A stretch of 64,000 bases of DNA, from NCBI RefSeq assembly GCF_018350175.1, contig NC_058368.1:157358001-157422000 (forward strand). Direction: 5' to 3'. The translations under genes and the position numbers were made by a program. The notes beneath the pieces were generated by a model that did no database searches, had not been told where the DNA came from, and saw nothing but the letters and a program-made list of their open reading frames with translations. This document shows positions 13,101-26,491 of this stretch, piece by piece; the stretch's first letter is position 1; each line of letters begins with the position of its first letter. The DNA comes from Felis catus. Lineage: Eukaryota.

Positions 13101-13420
13101 TCTAAGAGAAATAACAACCAAATGCAGTGTGTGAACCTTGATTGGATACTAGTTCAATAGAAACCTCTAAAAGACTCTTAGGACAGTTGGGTAAAATTTT
13201 AATATGGGCTAGAAATTAGATGACATGATGAATTATTGTTAATTTTCATATGTATGGTAATGGTCCTGTGATTAATGGAAGAATGTCCTTATTTTTTGGA
13301 AATGAATATGAGAGTATTTAGAGCTGCAGTATCCTGATGATCACGACTTACTCTTAAGTGGTTCAGCAATAGGAATGTGTAAGTGTGTGCCTATCTAGAG
13401 ATAAGGCAAACATGACAAAA

Positions 13421-13619
13421 AATTTTTTCCCTTAAGTTTATTTATTTGAGAGAGAGTGCAAGCAGGAAAGGGGTAGAGAAAGAAGAGAGAATCCCAAGCA
13501 GGCTCCATGCTGCCAGTGCAGAGCCTGATGCGGGGCTTGGACTCACAAAACTGTGAGATCATGACCTGAATCAAAACCAAGAGTCAGAGGCTTAACTGAC
13601 TGAGCCACCCAGGCACCCC
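13421..13619 (-). mobile_element. CAN-SINE, antisense
   Basis: Ends gagccacccaggcacccc; TSD aaacatgacaaaa. Confidence 0.9.
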
Positions 13620-13796
13620 AAACATGACAAAATATCAATAATTGCAGATTCTAAGTGAAGGACATGTGTGTACTTATGTATCATTCTTTCAACTTTTTTT
13701 GAATGTCTGAAAGTGTTAATAACACAAGGTTAGAGGAAAATACAGTTAAAAATAAACACAATTTTTATCAAAATTTTTATTAAAATTTTTGCCTAT

Positions 13797-14046
13797 TGTT
13801 TTTAATGTTTATTTATTTATTTTGAGAGAGAGAGAGATCATGGGCATGAGAGTGTGCATGAGCACCAAGCAGGGGCAGGGGCGGGGGGCAGAGAGAGAGT
13901 GAGAGGTAGAGAGAGAGAATCCCAGTCAGGCTCCCCACTGTCAGTGCAGAACTCAGTGTGGGGCTCAAACTCACAAACTGTGAGACCATGACCTCAGCCG
14001 AAATCAAGAGTCAGATGCTTAACTGACTGAGCCACCCAGATGCCCC
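13797..14046 (-). mobile_element. CAN-SINE, antisense
   Basis: Ends gagccacccagatgcccc; TSD aaattttt(tt)gccta. Confidence 0.9.
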
Positions 14047-15732
14047 AAATTTTTTGCCTAATTTTGTGATAGAAATAAAATAATAGTACTCTGTGAGATC
14101 AATTTGTTATGGATATTGTTTTAAAAAGCAGGTACTTGATAAGTATTTGTTAAATAAATCAATATAAATTAAAAATCAAGAAAATAATAAATTAGTACGG
14201 GAAGTCAATTCTGGGTTTTTACACACATGCAGATATATAAATCATGAGTGATACACATTTGCTTTGAACTTCCTGGTGTGCAAAGTGAGAGGAGACATTG
14301 TTATGTAGCAAGCTTGCTGCTTTAAATACTTTCTGGATGAGAAGATGGGTGGGGAATAGCCAAATAAACAATGTAGATAGATAGATGATTTCTTCATTCT
14401 TATTATTCAAAGCAGATCCTCTGAGAAAAGCAAAGTTCCTCTGAGAAAGCAAAGCATTTCATGCCATTTAGCACTAAAAGAAATTTCTCATGTGGGTCTC
14501 CGCTGGGGGCAGTGCTGGGGGCAGTAGGGTGACCTAGTAGACAGGGCCTTCAGAAGTGTCTGTAAATGCAGCCTCAGCTGTCCCTGTGCCCTTCTGTTAG
14601 GTATCACCCTGAGCATTCCTTCTGATGCTGACTTGTTCTAAGGATTGATCCTGGGCTCTGGGGCAAGTGGCTTTCAGATTGCTTTTAGCCACGAAAGGTC
14701 TGTGAAGGTGCCTTAGGCAGTGGAGAGAAGGATGAGTGGGGTATAGTTCAGGAAGAGCCTAGCCACCAAATTACCTTGTTATTATCTGTTTTATAGACTG
14801 GAGCTTTGCTTTAGAGGAAAAAATTTTCATTACTAAAGAAGTTTGAATTCTGATTGAGAAGACTGCATATCCTTCAGGCAACACTTTCCAGATAACACTT
14901 TCCTTGGCTCAGCTTTGGATAAAAGCTAGACAGCAGACATTCTATAGTTTGAGTCTGTGATGAGGGCCTAGGGTGTGATCCTCTGTAGGGGTATTCTGAA
15001 TTGACTGAGGGCTAATCTTTGTTAGTGATCACACTAGGAAATGGAAGATTACATCCTTTTTTTTGGAAATTGGGAAGTCTAGCCAGCACTTTATCTCAGG
15101 TGTGCTGAGAGGAAAAAGCTGGTTCTTGTTTTACCAGGAAGAAAAAAATATTTAATTTTAGGATCAAAATAAAATGGTCAAGATGGTTTCAGACAATGGA
15201 GTCTAAGACTCTGAGCTTTGGCCTTGAGAGGTTGACATTTTAAGTTGAACAATTTCCTTCCCTTCCATTTCCAACCACGAGAGGAAAATGACTTTAAATG
15301 TGGGTTAGGTTCTTCAGAACTTACTCAGTAATTTGTTTGAATTTTTTATTTGGATAAAGTAAAGATTAACTACCAACATACTAAAATTCAGTATTTGTTG
15401 AAATAGCTTATTTGGGGACACGCAAATAGTGAGAAGTACTATTTTATTGCTGTTTATGGCATTTAGTACAATTTTCACTTGCACTATAAAAATTACGATA
15501 TTTCTGTGACTATTAACTCAGAATAATTAATTTATATATATTTATAATTAGGTTAAGTTAAATACAATTGCTGTTTTCATAGGTCAAAAATGGCCATATG
15601 TTGGCAATTTCATATGGTTCAACTTAATAATATTAAAAAGAATTCTTTTGTTGTGTTTAAAAGGAACCTGAGATGCTTGGGTCTATAGACCTAAAGAATA
15701 ATTTATCATATTTGTTTTCTTTTTTGAAATAG

Positions 15733-16098
15733 AAAAAATGCCTGTCTTAAAGGCTGAAGCATCGCATTATAACTCTGATTTAAATAATTTGCTGTTCTGC
15801 TGCCAGTGTGTGGACGTGGTATTTTACAACCCAGATTTAAAGGAAGTTGCCGAGGCCCACAAGATTGTCCTCTGTGCCGTAAGCCATGTTTTCATGCTGC
15901 TTTTCAATGTGAAGAGTCCCGCTGACATTCAGGATTCCAGTATCATCCGTACCACCCAGGACCTCTTTGCCATAAACAGAGATACTGCATTTCCAGGTGC
16001 TAGCCAGGATTCTCCAGGCAACCCACCATTACGTGTCATCGTTAAAGACGCCCTCTTCTGTTCTTGTTTATCGGACATTCTGCGCTTCATTTATTCAG
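15733..16098 (+). CDS. RHOBTB3: RHOBTB3 exon 6 (first, split BTB domain)
   Basis: Acceptor gaaatag|; (E)KMPVLKAEASHYNSDL...AHKIVLCAVSHVF...LSDILRFIYS; donor GTACCT; 366 nt, phase 1 to 1. Confidence 0.97.
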
Positions 16099-16606
16099 GT
16101 ACCTTGTTAAGTGGTTCTGGTGCATTCTTGTAAGATTTGAAATGAAGTGTGCCTGTGGTCCTCAGGTGTATGGGTTATTAGTTTCACATTTCTCTTCTTT
16201 CTACCATCTGAGGTAAGGATTATACATAAAAGAGTATCTACTTTATATACAGGAATTGGTCCACACTTTCCATCTTCCTTATAAGTTTACTTGCCTTGGT
16301 TTTAAATCTCCTTGTGAAAATAGTAATTTCTTTTCCTACTGAGCAGGTATGGTAGTATTTTTTTTTAATATCTAAAATGTGAAAATACAAGAGTTTTTTA
16401 TCTAGTTTAAATTTAAAGAAATAAAATTTTCAAAGTATGAATGGAAATAAATCTCTGCATCTTAAAACCTGACCGTTAATTCCCTTTTCTGTTTTACTGT
16501 TAGATTTTGGAGGGCATTGAGAGAAATTAGCAGGGTCCTTACATTCAGTTTAGGAACTAGAAACAGTATCTAAAGTTAAAGCTGAGATCTGATCCACTTT
16601 AACTAT

Positions 16607-16705
16607 TTTATTTTCAAGTAATCTGTACACCCAGTGTGGGGCTTGAACTCACAACCCCAACATCAAAAGTCACATCCTTCACCGACTGAGCCAGCCAGGA
16701 GCCCC
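16607..16705 (-). mobile_element. Short old tRNA-derived CAN-SINE
   Basis: ggggcttgaactcacaacccc...gactgagccagccaggagcccc; TSD acttt(a/g)actat. Confidence 0.75.
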
Positions 16706-17051
16706 AACTTTGACTATGTTAGGTTTTACTTTTTCTTCTGTGTACTTAATCTTTTTAGGATTGAGCTTATCAATTATTTTTCTTCTCCTTTTAAATGCTG
16801 TAGCAACTATATTTTTAAAAAATAGAATTTTTATTTGAGTCATTTTAGTCAATGAATTGAAGGTGTCGTATCTAAATATCCTGTATAAGAATGGAAAAGA
16901 ATTGATGTAAAATAATTGATGTTAAAATAAGATTTTATTTTTTTTCATTTGGGCTGTGGTTATATAATTTTCTAAGTTAAAATAAAAATCAATGGTTTTG
17001 AAAAGTACAGTTGCAGCATGAAGATTTAAGTGGATTAAAATGTACATATAT

Positions 17052-17405
17052 GGGGATGGCTGGCTGGCTGAATGTCAGTAGATTATGTGACTCTTGATCT
17101 TAGGGTCATGAGTTTAAGTCCCATGTTGGGTGTAGAGATTACTTTTTTAAAAAGTTTTGGGGCACCTGGGTGCCTCAGTAGATTAAGTGTCTGACTTAGG
17201 CTCAGGTCATGATTGCACAGTTTGTGAATTAGAGCCCTGCATTGGGCTCTGTGGTGACAGCTTGGAGCCTGGAGCCTGCTTCAGATTCTGTCTCCATCTC
17301 TCTGCCTCTCCCCTGCTTGTGCTCTGTCTCTCTGTCTCTCTCACATATAAAAAAATAAATAAGAAATAAATAAAATAAAATAAAATAAAATAAAATAAAA
17401 TAAAA
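17052..17405 (+). mobile_element. Two tandem CAN-SINEs (short old copy 17052-17153; longer copy 17159-17405 with an (AAAAT)n tail)
   Basis: Two tRNA-like heads; the second sits in the A/T tail of the first. Confidence 0.85.
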
Positions 17406-18349
17406 GGAGTAGAATGGTAATGATAGGTCTTAATTAAATCCATTGTTTAGTGAATATTGGCTTGGCAAAGGTGTAAATAACCACTCCTACAGAGCCCAGT
17501 GCCTTCAGTGCGGCAGGGTATGTGTTGGGTGAATTAATGAGTAGACTCTAGTGGCTTGTGAAGCATCACATGAATAAACCAGACTAAAGATGTCATTTAC
17601 TACTACAGACTTTTATGTTTAAACTTTGAGTCTCACAGTTCAGAATTTAAGGCTAATTCTGAAAATCCAAAATGTTTACATGGTAAAAGAAAAAAAAATG
17701 TCTTTCATGATGTTTAGAGAACTATGAAGGAAGTGTTTGGCTTTGGTTTCGATGATGTTACTGTTGAATTATTCAGCAAGTTTACTACAGTATCTATTGA
17801 ATACTTTTGAAGGCACATTAATACTTTGAAGTCAGTGATATCCTCTTTGATAAGGTAGCAGTAAGAGGGCTTGTTGTGTCTCCAGTGACAGAACCTACTT
17901 GTTTTTTTAAATTGCAAAATTAATACATACAGATGGAAAAAAAAAAAGGAAAGAAAAAAGTTTCTTCCATCCCTCAGTCCCCTTATGTATTCACTCTGAT
18001 GCTGTTTGAGATAAATTAATGTGTTGGGAAATGAGCATTAAGGAAAATGTAATCTTTAGGAACTGCTATTTTCCAGGAACCACACAGTTTCCTATGGCTG
18101 GAGCATAGCGTACGAGGTGAAGGTTTGCAGGAGACGAGGCTGGCAAGCTAGGTGGAAGCTGCCTATAGAAGCTGTTCTAGAATTTTAAGCATGATCAGAC
18201 TGGGTTTGGGCAAACTCACCTCTGGTGATAGAGATGGAATAGAGCAGGCTAGACAGGAGTTTAGTAAAGAAGCTCCATTGCTCTGGAGATCAACCTCAGG
18301 AAGGTCATTACTCTGATACCATGTGGTTGGTGCTTGTCTATCATTTGGA

Positions 18350-18495
18350 ACAGTGCTTTTCAAACTTAATATGCATGCAGATCAGCTGGGGATCTTGTTC
18401 ATGCGTCTATTCTGATTCAGTAGGCCCAGGGGGTGAGGCATGAGATTCTGCGTTTCACACAGTCTCCCAGGTAGTGCTAGTGCTTTGGACTCTAA
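18350..18495. mobile_element. MER5-like MITE
   Basis: cagtgcttttcaaactt...ggggatcttgtt...attctgattcagtagg...gagattctgcgtttc. Confidence 0.65.
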
Positions 18496-19163
18496 GCAGC
18501 TGCAACACCTGCTCTTGGAAGAACTGAGTGCCGGCCACAGCCAGGGGCTAAGAGCCTGGCATTCAGTCCAGGGCCCAGGGGAGGAGCCCAGTTATCAGTC
18601 TGAGGGCACCAAGTCAAAATGGGGTCAGGCGCACTGACTGATGTGAGCTCTTCAGAGCTGGAGCTGTCAGCGCCGTGTTGTAGCCCTTGCCCTTAGTTGT
18701 GGCGGGGAGAGCTTGCTAAGCTACAAGCCCTCGACCCAGTCAGTGCACAGGCCTCCTAACCTGACACCAACATGTTGCATTTCTGCTCTGTTCTCTCCTT
18801 GTATGTCAAGGCTCAGAGAAGAGGTGCTGTCAGGTAAGAGCTGGGCCACAGACCATTGACCTGGGGCTGCAGGGAGATCCTGATGCTTTGGGGAGAAGCA
18901 AAACTAAATGCTTCAGCAGGTGCCTGTGACCTATTCTTTATTTATAGAGTATAACCTCCGACTCAAGCAAAAGTTACATTATGTTTAAATTATGTTTAAA
19001 AAGACATTAAGGCTGTATTTGTAAAGACAATTTTGAAAAATGGAGAACACTTGTTAAGAGAAAAAAATCAACCAAATTCCTATTTCAAATGTCTAAACCC
19101 TGGTATTTTGTTTCATCCTCTGGCCTTTGTGCATATTTTACTGTTTATTTAGAAAATATTTTT

Positions 19164-19395
19164 TTTTAATTTTTATTTAAAAAAAAATTTTTTTTTAATG
19201 TTTATTGCTGAGACAGAGAGAGACAGAGCATGAGTGAGGGAGGGGCAGAGAGAGAGGGAGACACAGAATCAGAGGCAGGCTCCAGGCTCTGAGCTGTCAG
19301 CACAGAGCCCGACGCGGGGCTCGAACTCAGAAACCATGAGATCACGACCTGAGCCAAAGTCGGTCTCTCAACCAACTGAGCCACCCACGCGCCCC
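19164..19395 (-). mobile_element. Felid CAN-SINE, antisense
   Basis: TSD tagaaaatattttt at 19150 and 19396. Confidence 0.92.
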
Positions 19396-19528
19396 TAGAA
19401 AATATTTTTTATCAAATCAAAGAAAAAGTTTAAGCCTACTTTTTTTTTTTTTTTGAGACTTCAGTAAAGAGGACAGGCTTATGGGGTTTTTTGTTTTGCT
19501 TGTTTTTCTTGCTGCTGTTGAGCATTTT

Positions 19529-19745
19529 TTTAAAAATTTTTTTTAACGTTTATTTATTTTTGAGACAGAGAGAGACAGAGCATGAACAGGGGAGGGTCAG
19601 AGAGAGGGAGAGACAGGATCCGAAACAGGCTCCAGGCTCTGAGCTGTCAGCACAGAGCCCGATGCGGGGCTCGAACTCACAGATCGCGAAATCATGACCT
19701 GAGCCAAAGTCGGCCGCTCAACCAACTGAGCCACCCAGGCGCCCC
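19529..19745 (-). mobile_element. Felid CAN-SINE, antisense
   Basis: TSD tg(c/t)tgttgagcatttt. Confidence 0.92.
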
Positions 19746-20704
19746 TGTTGTTGAGCATTTTAAAACTTTGGAACCGATCACAAGTTTTAAGACCCAGTTA
19801 GGCAATGGTTTCCTCACAGAAGCCCTGGCCTACCCGCTAGTTCTGTTGGGTGGACAGTGAAGACAGCAGCCGTTTGTACATGTGTCTGTTGGATTACTAA
19901 CGTGGAGGCAGAACTCCGTGACACAGACAGCTCAGGAATATTTGCCCTGAGTAAACAAGGACTGAAAAACCATATTAAATCTATCTCCTGCTTCTTTTGT
20001 TTTTAAGAAACAAAATTACAAACAATGTCTTTTCTCTAAATGACACACTTCTTTTTAATCTTTAGGAATTTGAAATTTTGTGTGTGTTGTGTCACCACGG
20101 ACATTTGGGTCCTCTATTTAGGAGGGATCTGTTTAATAGTCTGGTTAACAGAAGGCTCCGGTTTATTCTAATCAAAGTTTTAAATAAATAGACACAGTAA
20201 AAGTATGTGTTTTGCAGATGTTAATTTTCTGTTGAATAACAGCTAACTCTGGATAAGTACTGAAAGACTAATACTCAAAGAGAAGGAGCGAGGCCAGCGG
20301 TTTCTGGGTCTTCATCGACCCAGAATCCTGTATTGGCATACAGTTCTGACATTCTTACAATACTTGATAGTCTTTACGCTTGCAAAGTCCTGACTCACGC
20401 AGTTTCAGATGGTTAGGAATTGAAATATATGTAAGGACCTCAAGAATTTTGCTTTGAGCTCTTCGTACCACAGATGGGCCTTAGAATTTCACATCACTTA
20501 CTGAAGTGCTGCCAGAGAAAATGAACGTGTGGAAACAAGCTTTCATCTTCAGCTTGCCTGGTATCCTAGCTCTTGGAATTCTTCCGTGGTATGCTCTTTT
20601 CTGCGCTGCCTAAAAACACAGCTTGCATGCACAAGTATATCATGCTCTCTAAGAACCTAAGTCAATCAGTGCTCTGAGAGGTCAACTAAATAGAAAATCC
20701 CAGT

Positions 20705-20836
20705 CAGTTATGCAAGATGAATAGTTTCTAGATCTCTGCTGTACAATATCATGGCTATTGTTAACAATACTGTACACTTAAAATTCTGTCAAAAGGATAG
20801 ATACGTTAAGTGTTTTCACCACAATTAAAAAAAAGC
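20705..20836 (+). mobile_element. Short old L1 (L1MA/MB-like) 3' end
   Basis: cagttatgcaagatgaatagtttctagatct...accacaattaaaaaaaa; TSD-like agaaaatcccagt/agaaaactcccggt. Confidence 0.65.
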
Positions 20837-23252
20837 AAAGAAAACTCCCGGTATAAGGATTATTGCTTTATTTGAACAAAAATGTGTCAAAAATGACTTG
20901 ATTAGCATTTCTAATTGTAAGAACAGCCCAATCTTTAGAGTGCCCTGTGAATTATTACTTTCATTTTTAGTTATTGGATCCTTCTGTGTCTATTCTTAGA
21001 CAAATGAGTGGCCTATAGGGATTTACCTACTAATAACCCCATATATTTAGACTTATTCTTGCCTTCTCTCAGATAATATTCTGAATGGAGACACTGTGTA
21101 AGTATTCATTAGTTAATACAGTTTATTTTTAAGAGATAATATGTGTGTTCTCCTTTAGCATGCACGAGTGTAGACAGTAAAAATTACCCACTATTTCTGC
21201 ATACCACTGATCCTGGGTTTTAGTAATGAATGAAATGTTTAAAGGAAGAGATAGTGACGGCCCGCGCTCAGTGCACCTCAAAATCACCTGGGGCGCCCTT
21301 AAGATATCTGGGCCCCAGCCCCAGAAATTCTAATTTAATTGGTCTGGGAATGAGACTTCCTCAATGATATTTTATGAAATATCTCCAGGTAAATGTAATA
21401 CACAGCTATAGTTGAGAATCACTGGCATAGAGTAAATCATTCTGAAGTGGGGTCCATTGGCTTCTCAGAGGTTCTTCTTCTTCTGACATTTTAAGGTGGA
21501 TTGTAATTTTTATGTGTGCGTGGGAAATTTTCTAGAGAGATAGTCCAAAGAATTTATCAGATTTTGAAAGAGTATGTGACCTTAAATTTAAAAATCCTTA
21601 GTGCAGAAAAATTAAAACAAAAAAAAAAACATGGGCTTTTCTAGACAGCATACCTTTGGGAATCTGAGGAGGAAGGGGAGCTGACAGTGAAGTCAGAAAA
21701 AGAGCATGAAAGGTAGGAAGAAGCAGTGATGAGCTGGAGCTGGCTGGCACCAGCTCATGAGAGCCGATTATGTTTATTCCCAGCTCCGTGCTCTGTGATT
21801 CCATGTTGGTGGCTTGAGTGTGGCCATGGTAGGAGTCTTTACACCACAGAGGTAGCGGAAGGCCCTGATCAGGGCTCTCCTTCCCCCTTCCCCTCTCCTC
21901 AGGATACACTGTAGTAATGCTGAAGGTCAGGTGAGGAAAAGTTTAAAGATACTCAGGAGTGCCAAGTGCCACAGAGGTTGACTGCAGTGACGCCTGGGAG
22001 CCATCGGACTACCAATTGACTCTTCAGAGCAGCTTGGATCTGGTTGTTCAGGCTGGCTGCAATTGCCCAAACTCACTGCTTCAATAAATGTCTATCATGT
22101 GCTCTCCCCATCCCTAATGTCTATGAAGGCATCTGGCGAAGTTCTGGATACATAAAGGGAAACATCAGAAGAAATAGATTGAGAACTGATAGAAAAGGGT
22201 TTTGAGTTACTTAGAGGTGAAATGAGTTGCTTAAAGTCACACCAGTAATGGCAGAGAGAGAACCGGAGCCTGAGTCTCCCAACTATGCTCGCCCTCACTA
22301 CACCTGGGTGAACTATATTTTAAGGAGTTAGGACTTTCTGTAAGTCAGGGATAGATGGGAGTAATCTCTTCAGATATCATCATCAGAATCATACTTTTAG
22401 AAACTTACTGGCATTGAGCATTGGGATCAATTCAGTGTGGACAAAGCCACGGAGGAGTAGGTACGCTGGTTAGGAGGCTGCTATAAGCCAAGCAAGAGGG
22501 TGCTTAGAGAAAGGTGAACTTTCGCTGACCATCACACAGGAGTTTTGTAACATACAGAGGAAAGAGGCTAACAGTGTGAGACAGATGTGAAATGAGCCTA
22601 GGGAGAGATAGCTTGGAAGTGGGTTGGGGTGAGGACAAGGGGAGGAGGGACGAAGTGCAGTGATTTTGCTCCAGTGCCATGGTCATATAGCTCATCAGGT
22701 CATTATTTACCTCCCTTCTTCAGGTTGGTTCTGTAGAGTTGGCTATAGAACATCCTTATCTGACCCTGACAATGTGTGAGACCTTTTGAATGCATTCTGT
22801 TCCTACTGCTTATTCTTCTACCTGATGGTAGTCACTGCTATCCATGATTAGTATGATTTAATTCAATCTTAGAAAAAAAACAAACACATCTGCTTTCTTA
22901 CTTAGAGCAAGTAAATAATTTGAGTGTAGGAAGGACTACTTGTAATGGCCAATGATATTCTGGCCATTACTGTCATTTTTAGCTGACTGTCTATTACAAA
23001 GAGGTGGCAGCTGTTTAGGGAGGAAGACTTCAGGTTTGGAGAAGTACTTTAGGGGAAGGCAAACTGATTTTTTTTTTTTTTAATGTGAGAACTGTTTAAA
23101 TGTATTAGTGTAATTACAAGGATATATATTTGGCAAAGAAAAATTAAAAGAAAATACTAAATAAAGAAGGAATATTGATATCTAATAAGAGATTTACTTT
23201 CTGTACTTCCTGTTTTTAACTAAAAATCCAACATATATTAATTTGTTTATAG

Positions 23253-23365
23253 GTGCTTTTCAGTGGGAAGAATTGGAAGAAGATATCAGGAAGAAATTGA
23301 AAGATTCTGGGGATGTTTCAAATGTAATCGAGAAAGTTAAATGCATTTTGAAAACACCAGGAAAG
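23253..23365 (+). CDS. RHOBTB3: RHOBTB3 exon 7
   Basis: Acceptor gtttatag|; (G)AFQWEELEEDIRKKLKDSGDVSNVIEKVKCILKTPGK; donor GTAAAA; 113 nt; too short to appear in the ORF track. Confidence 0.95.
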
Positions 23366-24653
23366 GTAAAACTACTTTATTGCAAATCAGTTTACCTTGA
23401 TGTTCTCTGAATTTTAACAGATATACTATGATAATATAATATTGAGTCATTAGAAGAGTCAATAAGATATAAATATGTTTTTCTTGAATCTGTTTTTGCC
23501 ATTAAATATTTTAAACACAAACTTGTATTATTTCTCACTATCTCAGATTTTAATTCATATAAGAATTAGAATATGTGTGAGTCATGTCTTTAAAATGTTG
23601 ACTTGTGAATTCCATCCTCTGAAACATTTCCCTAGAGCTCCAGGAATATGCAATCTATGTCAAGAATGAAGTGCTGTTGAATTTGTCTGGTTACAGTTAA
23701 GCTTGTTAAAGGGAATGCTTTCTCACTTCTCAGAATTTAAGTCCAGATAGTTTTCTGGAGCAAGGCTGTTTCTTTGTGTACCCTTTTCAAGAGTCCTAAG
23801 AAACCTCTTTGATCAGGTGGACAGTTAGGGATTTGTTTCTCATCTTGTACAGGTTTAAAATTATAAGTCAAAGGTTATAAAATGTAGACTTTGTAACAAG
23901 TCATAAACATGTGCATGTTAAAACTCCAGTCACTTAGACTGTAAAGAGTCTGAAGGGCTTCAAAAATAAATTTATTTTGAGACAACTACATTATACAATT
24001 AAGCCAGTGTATTCTTATTTCAGATTCTGTGATAGACAAATTGGCTACAGTAGATATTTTTATACTTACCTTTTGGTAAGTATGTGCAATGCCTAGCAGA
24101 ATATAGACATGTAAATGTAAGAAATGGAAGAAATGTTAAATGGAAGAAATGTAAGAAAATATAAGAAAAAATGTAAGAAAAAATATTATTTCTTTAATTT
24201 TTTTATACAGATGACTGTCAATTCTATAACCTAAGTTAATGATGTTTTAAGTTATATTTTATTTTTTAAGTTAAGATTTTAAAACTGTACTAGCTTTTAA
24301 TGAAGATTCCTGGCTTATTGAGTTGGGGAAAAAAATTTGTAAATGAAGTAACATGGAATTAAGGAGCAAGACTTTTCTTGTTTCAATAACACACTGAAGC
24401 TGGTATACAGAAGCTGTCCAATTCTACAAGGGTATGGCAGAGTGGTAGCTCTTGCAGTCTAACCCAACTAACGCTTTTGTAGAAATGTGCGCATAAAGCT
24501 ATATTCTGTTTTTCAAAATTTCTCTAGATTACTTGTTTATAGACTAGTGAAAATGTATAATACATTTATCAGTGTTCTGTCCAAACAACTATCCTTCAAT
24601 ATTTTTTTCTTCAAATTCAAGGCATTGATCACACAGGAATCTGTTTATAAGAT

Positions 24654-24712
24654 TATCTATCTATCTACCTATCTATCTATCTGTTATCTATCTCCATCCA
24701 TCCATATATAAT
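24654..24712 (+). repeat. (ATCT)n/(ATCC)n tetranucleotide microsatellite
   Basis: tatctatctatctacctatctatctatct...ccatccatccat. Confidence 0.85.
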
Positions 24713-26370
24713 ATACACATACATATTATTTATGATATATAGACTTATAATCTTTATATGAATGTTTAGGACAGAAGTGTTGCCTTTTGTTCTAAACCCA
24801 AGCCTTTCCTTGGGTGTGATTCTGAACACAGTCATTGCTTTGAGTACTGAGGTAAAAAAAAAAAAAAATTGTTGGGGAAGAGGAGGCTGGGGACTATGGG
24901 ATTCCATGATATTGAACTAAATTTCCTCCTTTGCACAGGAGGAGAGAGGAGTTCTGTGCTTTCTTCTTGTGCTTTTCCGGGGTCAGGGTCTCTCTCATTA
25001 ACTGAGTACAACACAGAAATATATTCCAGAATTAGGAATCAGGAAATGTACATTTAAATTGTGAGTTGGCCATAAATTATCCCTGGCTTTAAGCATGTCT
25101 CCTCAGGACTTTCTTACAATGAGGGATAAATTATGATTTCTAAAGCCCTTGCTAGTTACCAAATTCTTTGATGCTCTCTGACTTGCTCTGCTTTGTGTGT
25201 GGCTCTCCCTGAATTCTCTCCACCAGTTCCTTAGATATGTATTAAGGTATGTTGTGTGTAGAATCTGAGAATAGACTTTATAAGACTAGGATTTGTATGA
25301 TCCTGTTTTGCTTCTCTGCCTTGCTAGTGGAAATCATTCTGGAGTGTGTTTTCTTTCTCCTTGTGAGTAAGGATAATATTTTTGTTTTTCTCTTACCAAA
25401 GATTTTAACTTCCCACCATAGTGGATTAATCCAGAACGGAGACTAGGTATCATTTATTCTTATTGTTCCAGTTGTATGCTTGGTTATTTCTTAGGGATAA
25501 AGCTTTCTGTATTCCCTAGATAGCCAACCAGAGGTTCTGAGATTCAGCAAGGAAAATGGGTGGAGGGTGAGGGAAGAGGGGCTGGCTCTCGAATTCTGGG
25601 GTTGGAACAAAGAAATGTCTGAAAGATTACAGAAAGGATAAACCAAGCGCTAAATCCTAGGTGGAAGCTAGAGATGGGTTGGAGACTGCTAAGTCACACG
25701 ACCACTATTATTGAAGGCCACCATCTAGAGGAAGCAGATGTGAGAGTGCAGATAGGTGTAGTCATGGAAGAGGTTCTCTGGAACTCTGGATAGGAGATCC
25801 AGGCAACCTTTCATAGATTCCAGGAGTCCCAGCTGTGGGTAGAAAGACACTTAGGATTATAAGATTATACATTAAGATGGAGATGAACCTATTCATTACT
25901 CTCAGGTATTTTAATGTTGATCCTAGTAGGACATGATTTGATGGGGGAAATGTGTATTCTTTTAAATTACAAACAGATTTTTGTGTATGTACCTTCTTAA
26001 AGTGAACAAACACACAGGTTGTATGTAAACATATTTTACTAGGCATTCATAGGAGGTTGGACTGTTGTCTGTTTCCCAGGTAACAGAGGCCTGCATGGAT
26101 TTGGGACCCCATGTGTCTCAGCCAGCGAAGTGAGTTTTCATTTAGGCGGTTCACTCACTGCTAAGAATACTGCACAGGGCTTATTCTCATGTAGCACATG
26201 CCATACTTGAGGGCAAGTTCCCCTGACAGCTATGATCAGAGATGCCGTAGACTAGGTAATCCTTATTTCTTCAGACATTTCAGTACAGTTTTCCAGATTC
26301 TCTAACCAACCTATATATATTACCAAAGCATATTGTACATTTCCTTTTTTTTTTTTGTCTTCCTTTATAG

Positions 26371-26491
26371 ATAAATTGTCTAAGGAATTGCAAAACTTAT
26401 CAAGCCAGAAAACCTCTGTGGTTTTATAACACTTCCCTGAAGTTTTTCCTTAATAAACCAATGCTTGCTGATGTTGTCTTTGAAATACAAG
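26371..26491 (+). CDS. RHOBTB3: RHOBTB3 exon 8
   Basis: Long polypyrimidine tract then tag|; INCLRNCKTYQARKPLWFYNTSLKFFLNKPMLADVVFEIQ; donor GTATGG; 121 nt, phase 0 to 1. Confidence 0.95.

Noticed and set aside
14498..14526. Duplicated gctgggggcagt as CTCF sites
   Set aside because: Poor match to the 5' half of the core motif; insufficient support.
16607..17153. tRNA-like sequences as tRNA genes
   Set aside because: Degenerate tRNA-derived SINE heads with A/T tails; no intact cloverleaf evident.
24110..24185. Repeated aatggaagaaatgt / aatgtaagaaaa units as an array
   Set aside because: Low-complexity slippage repeat with no spacers; CRISPR is not plausible in a mammalian intron.
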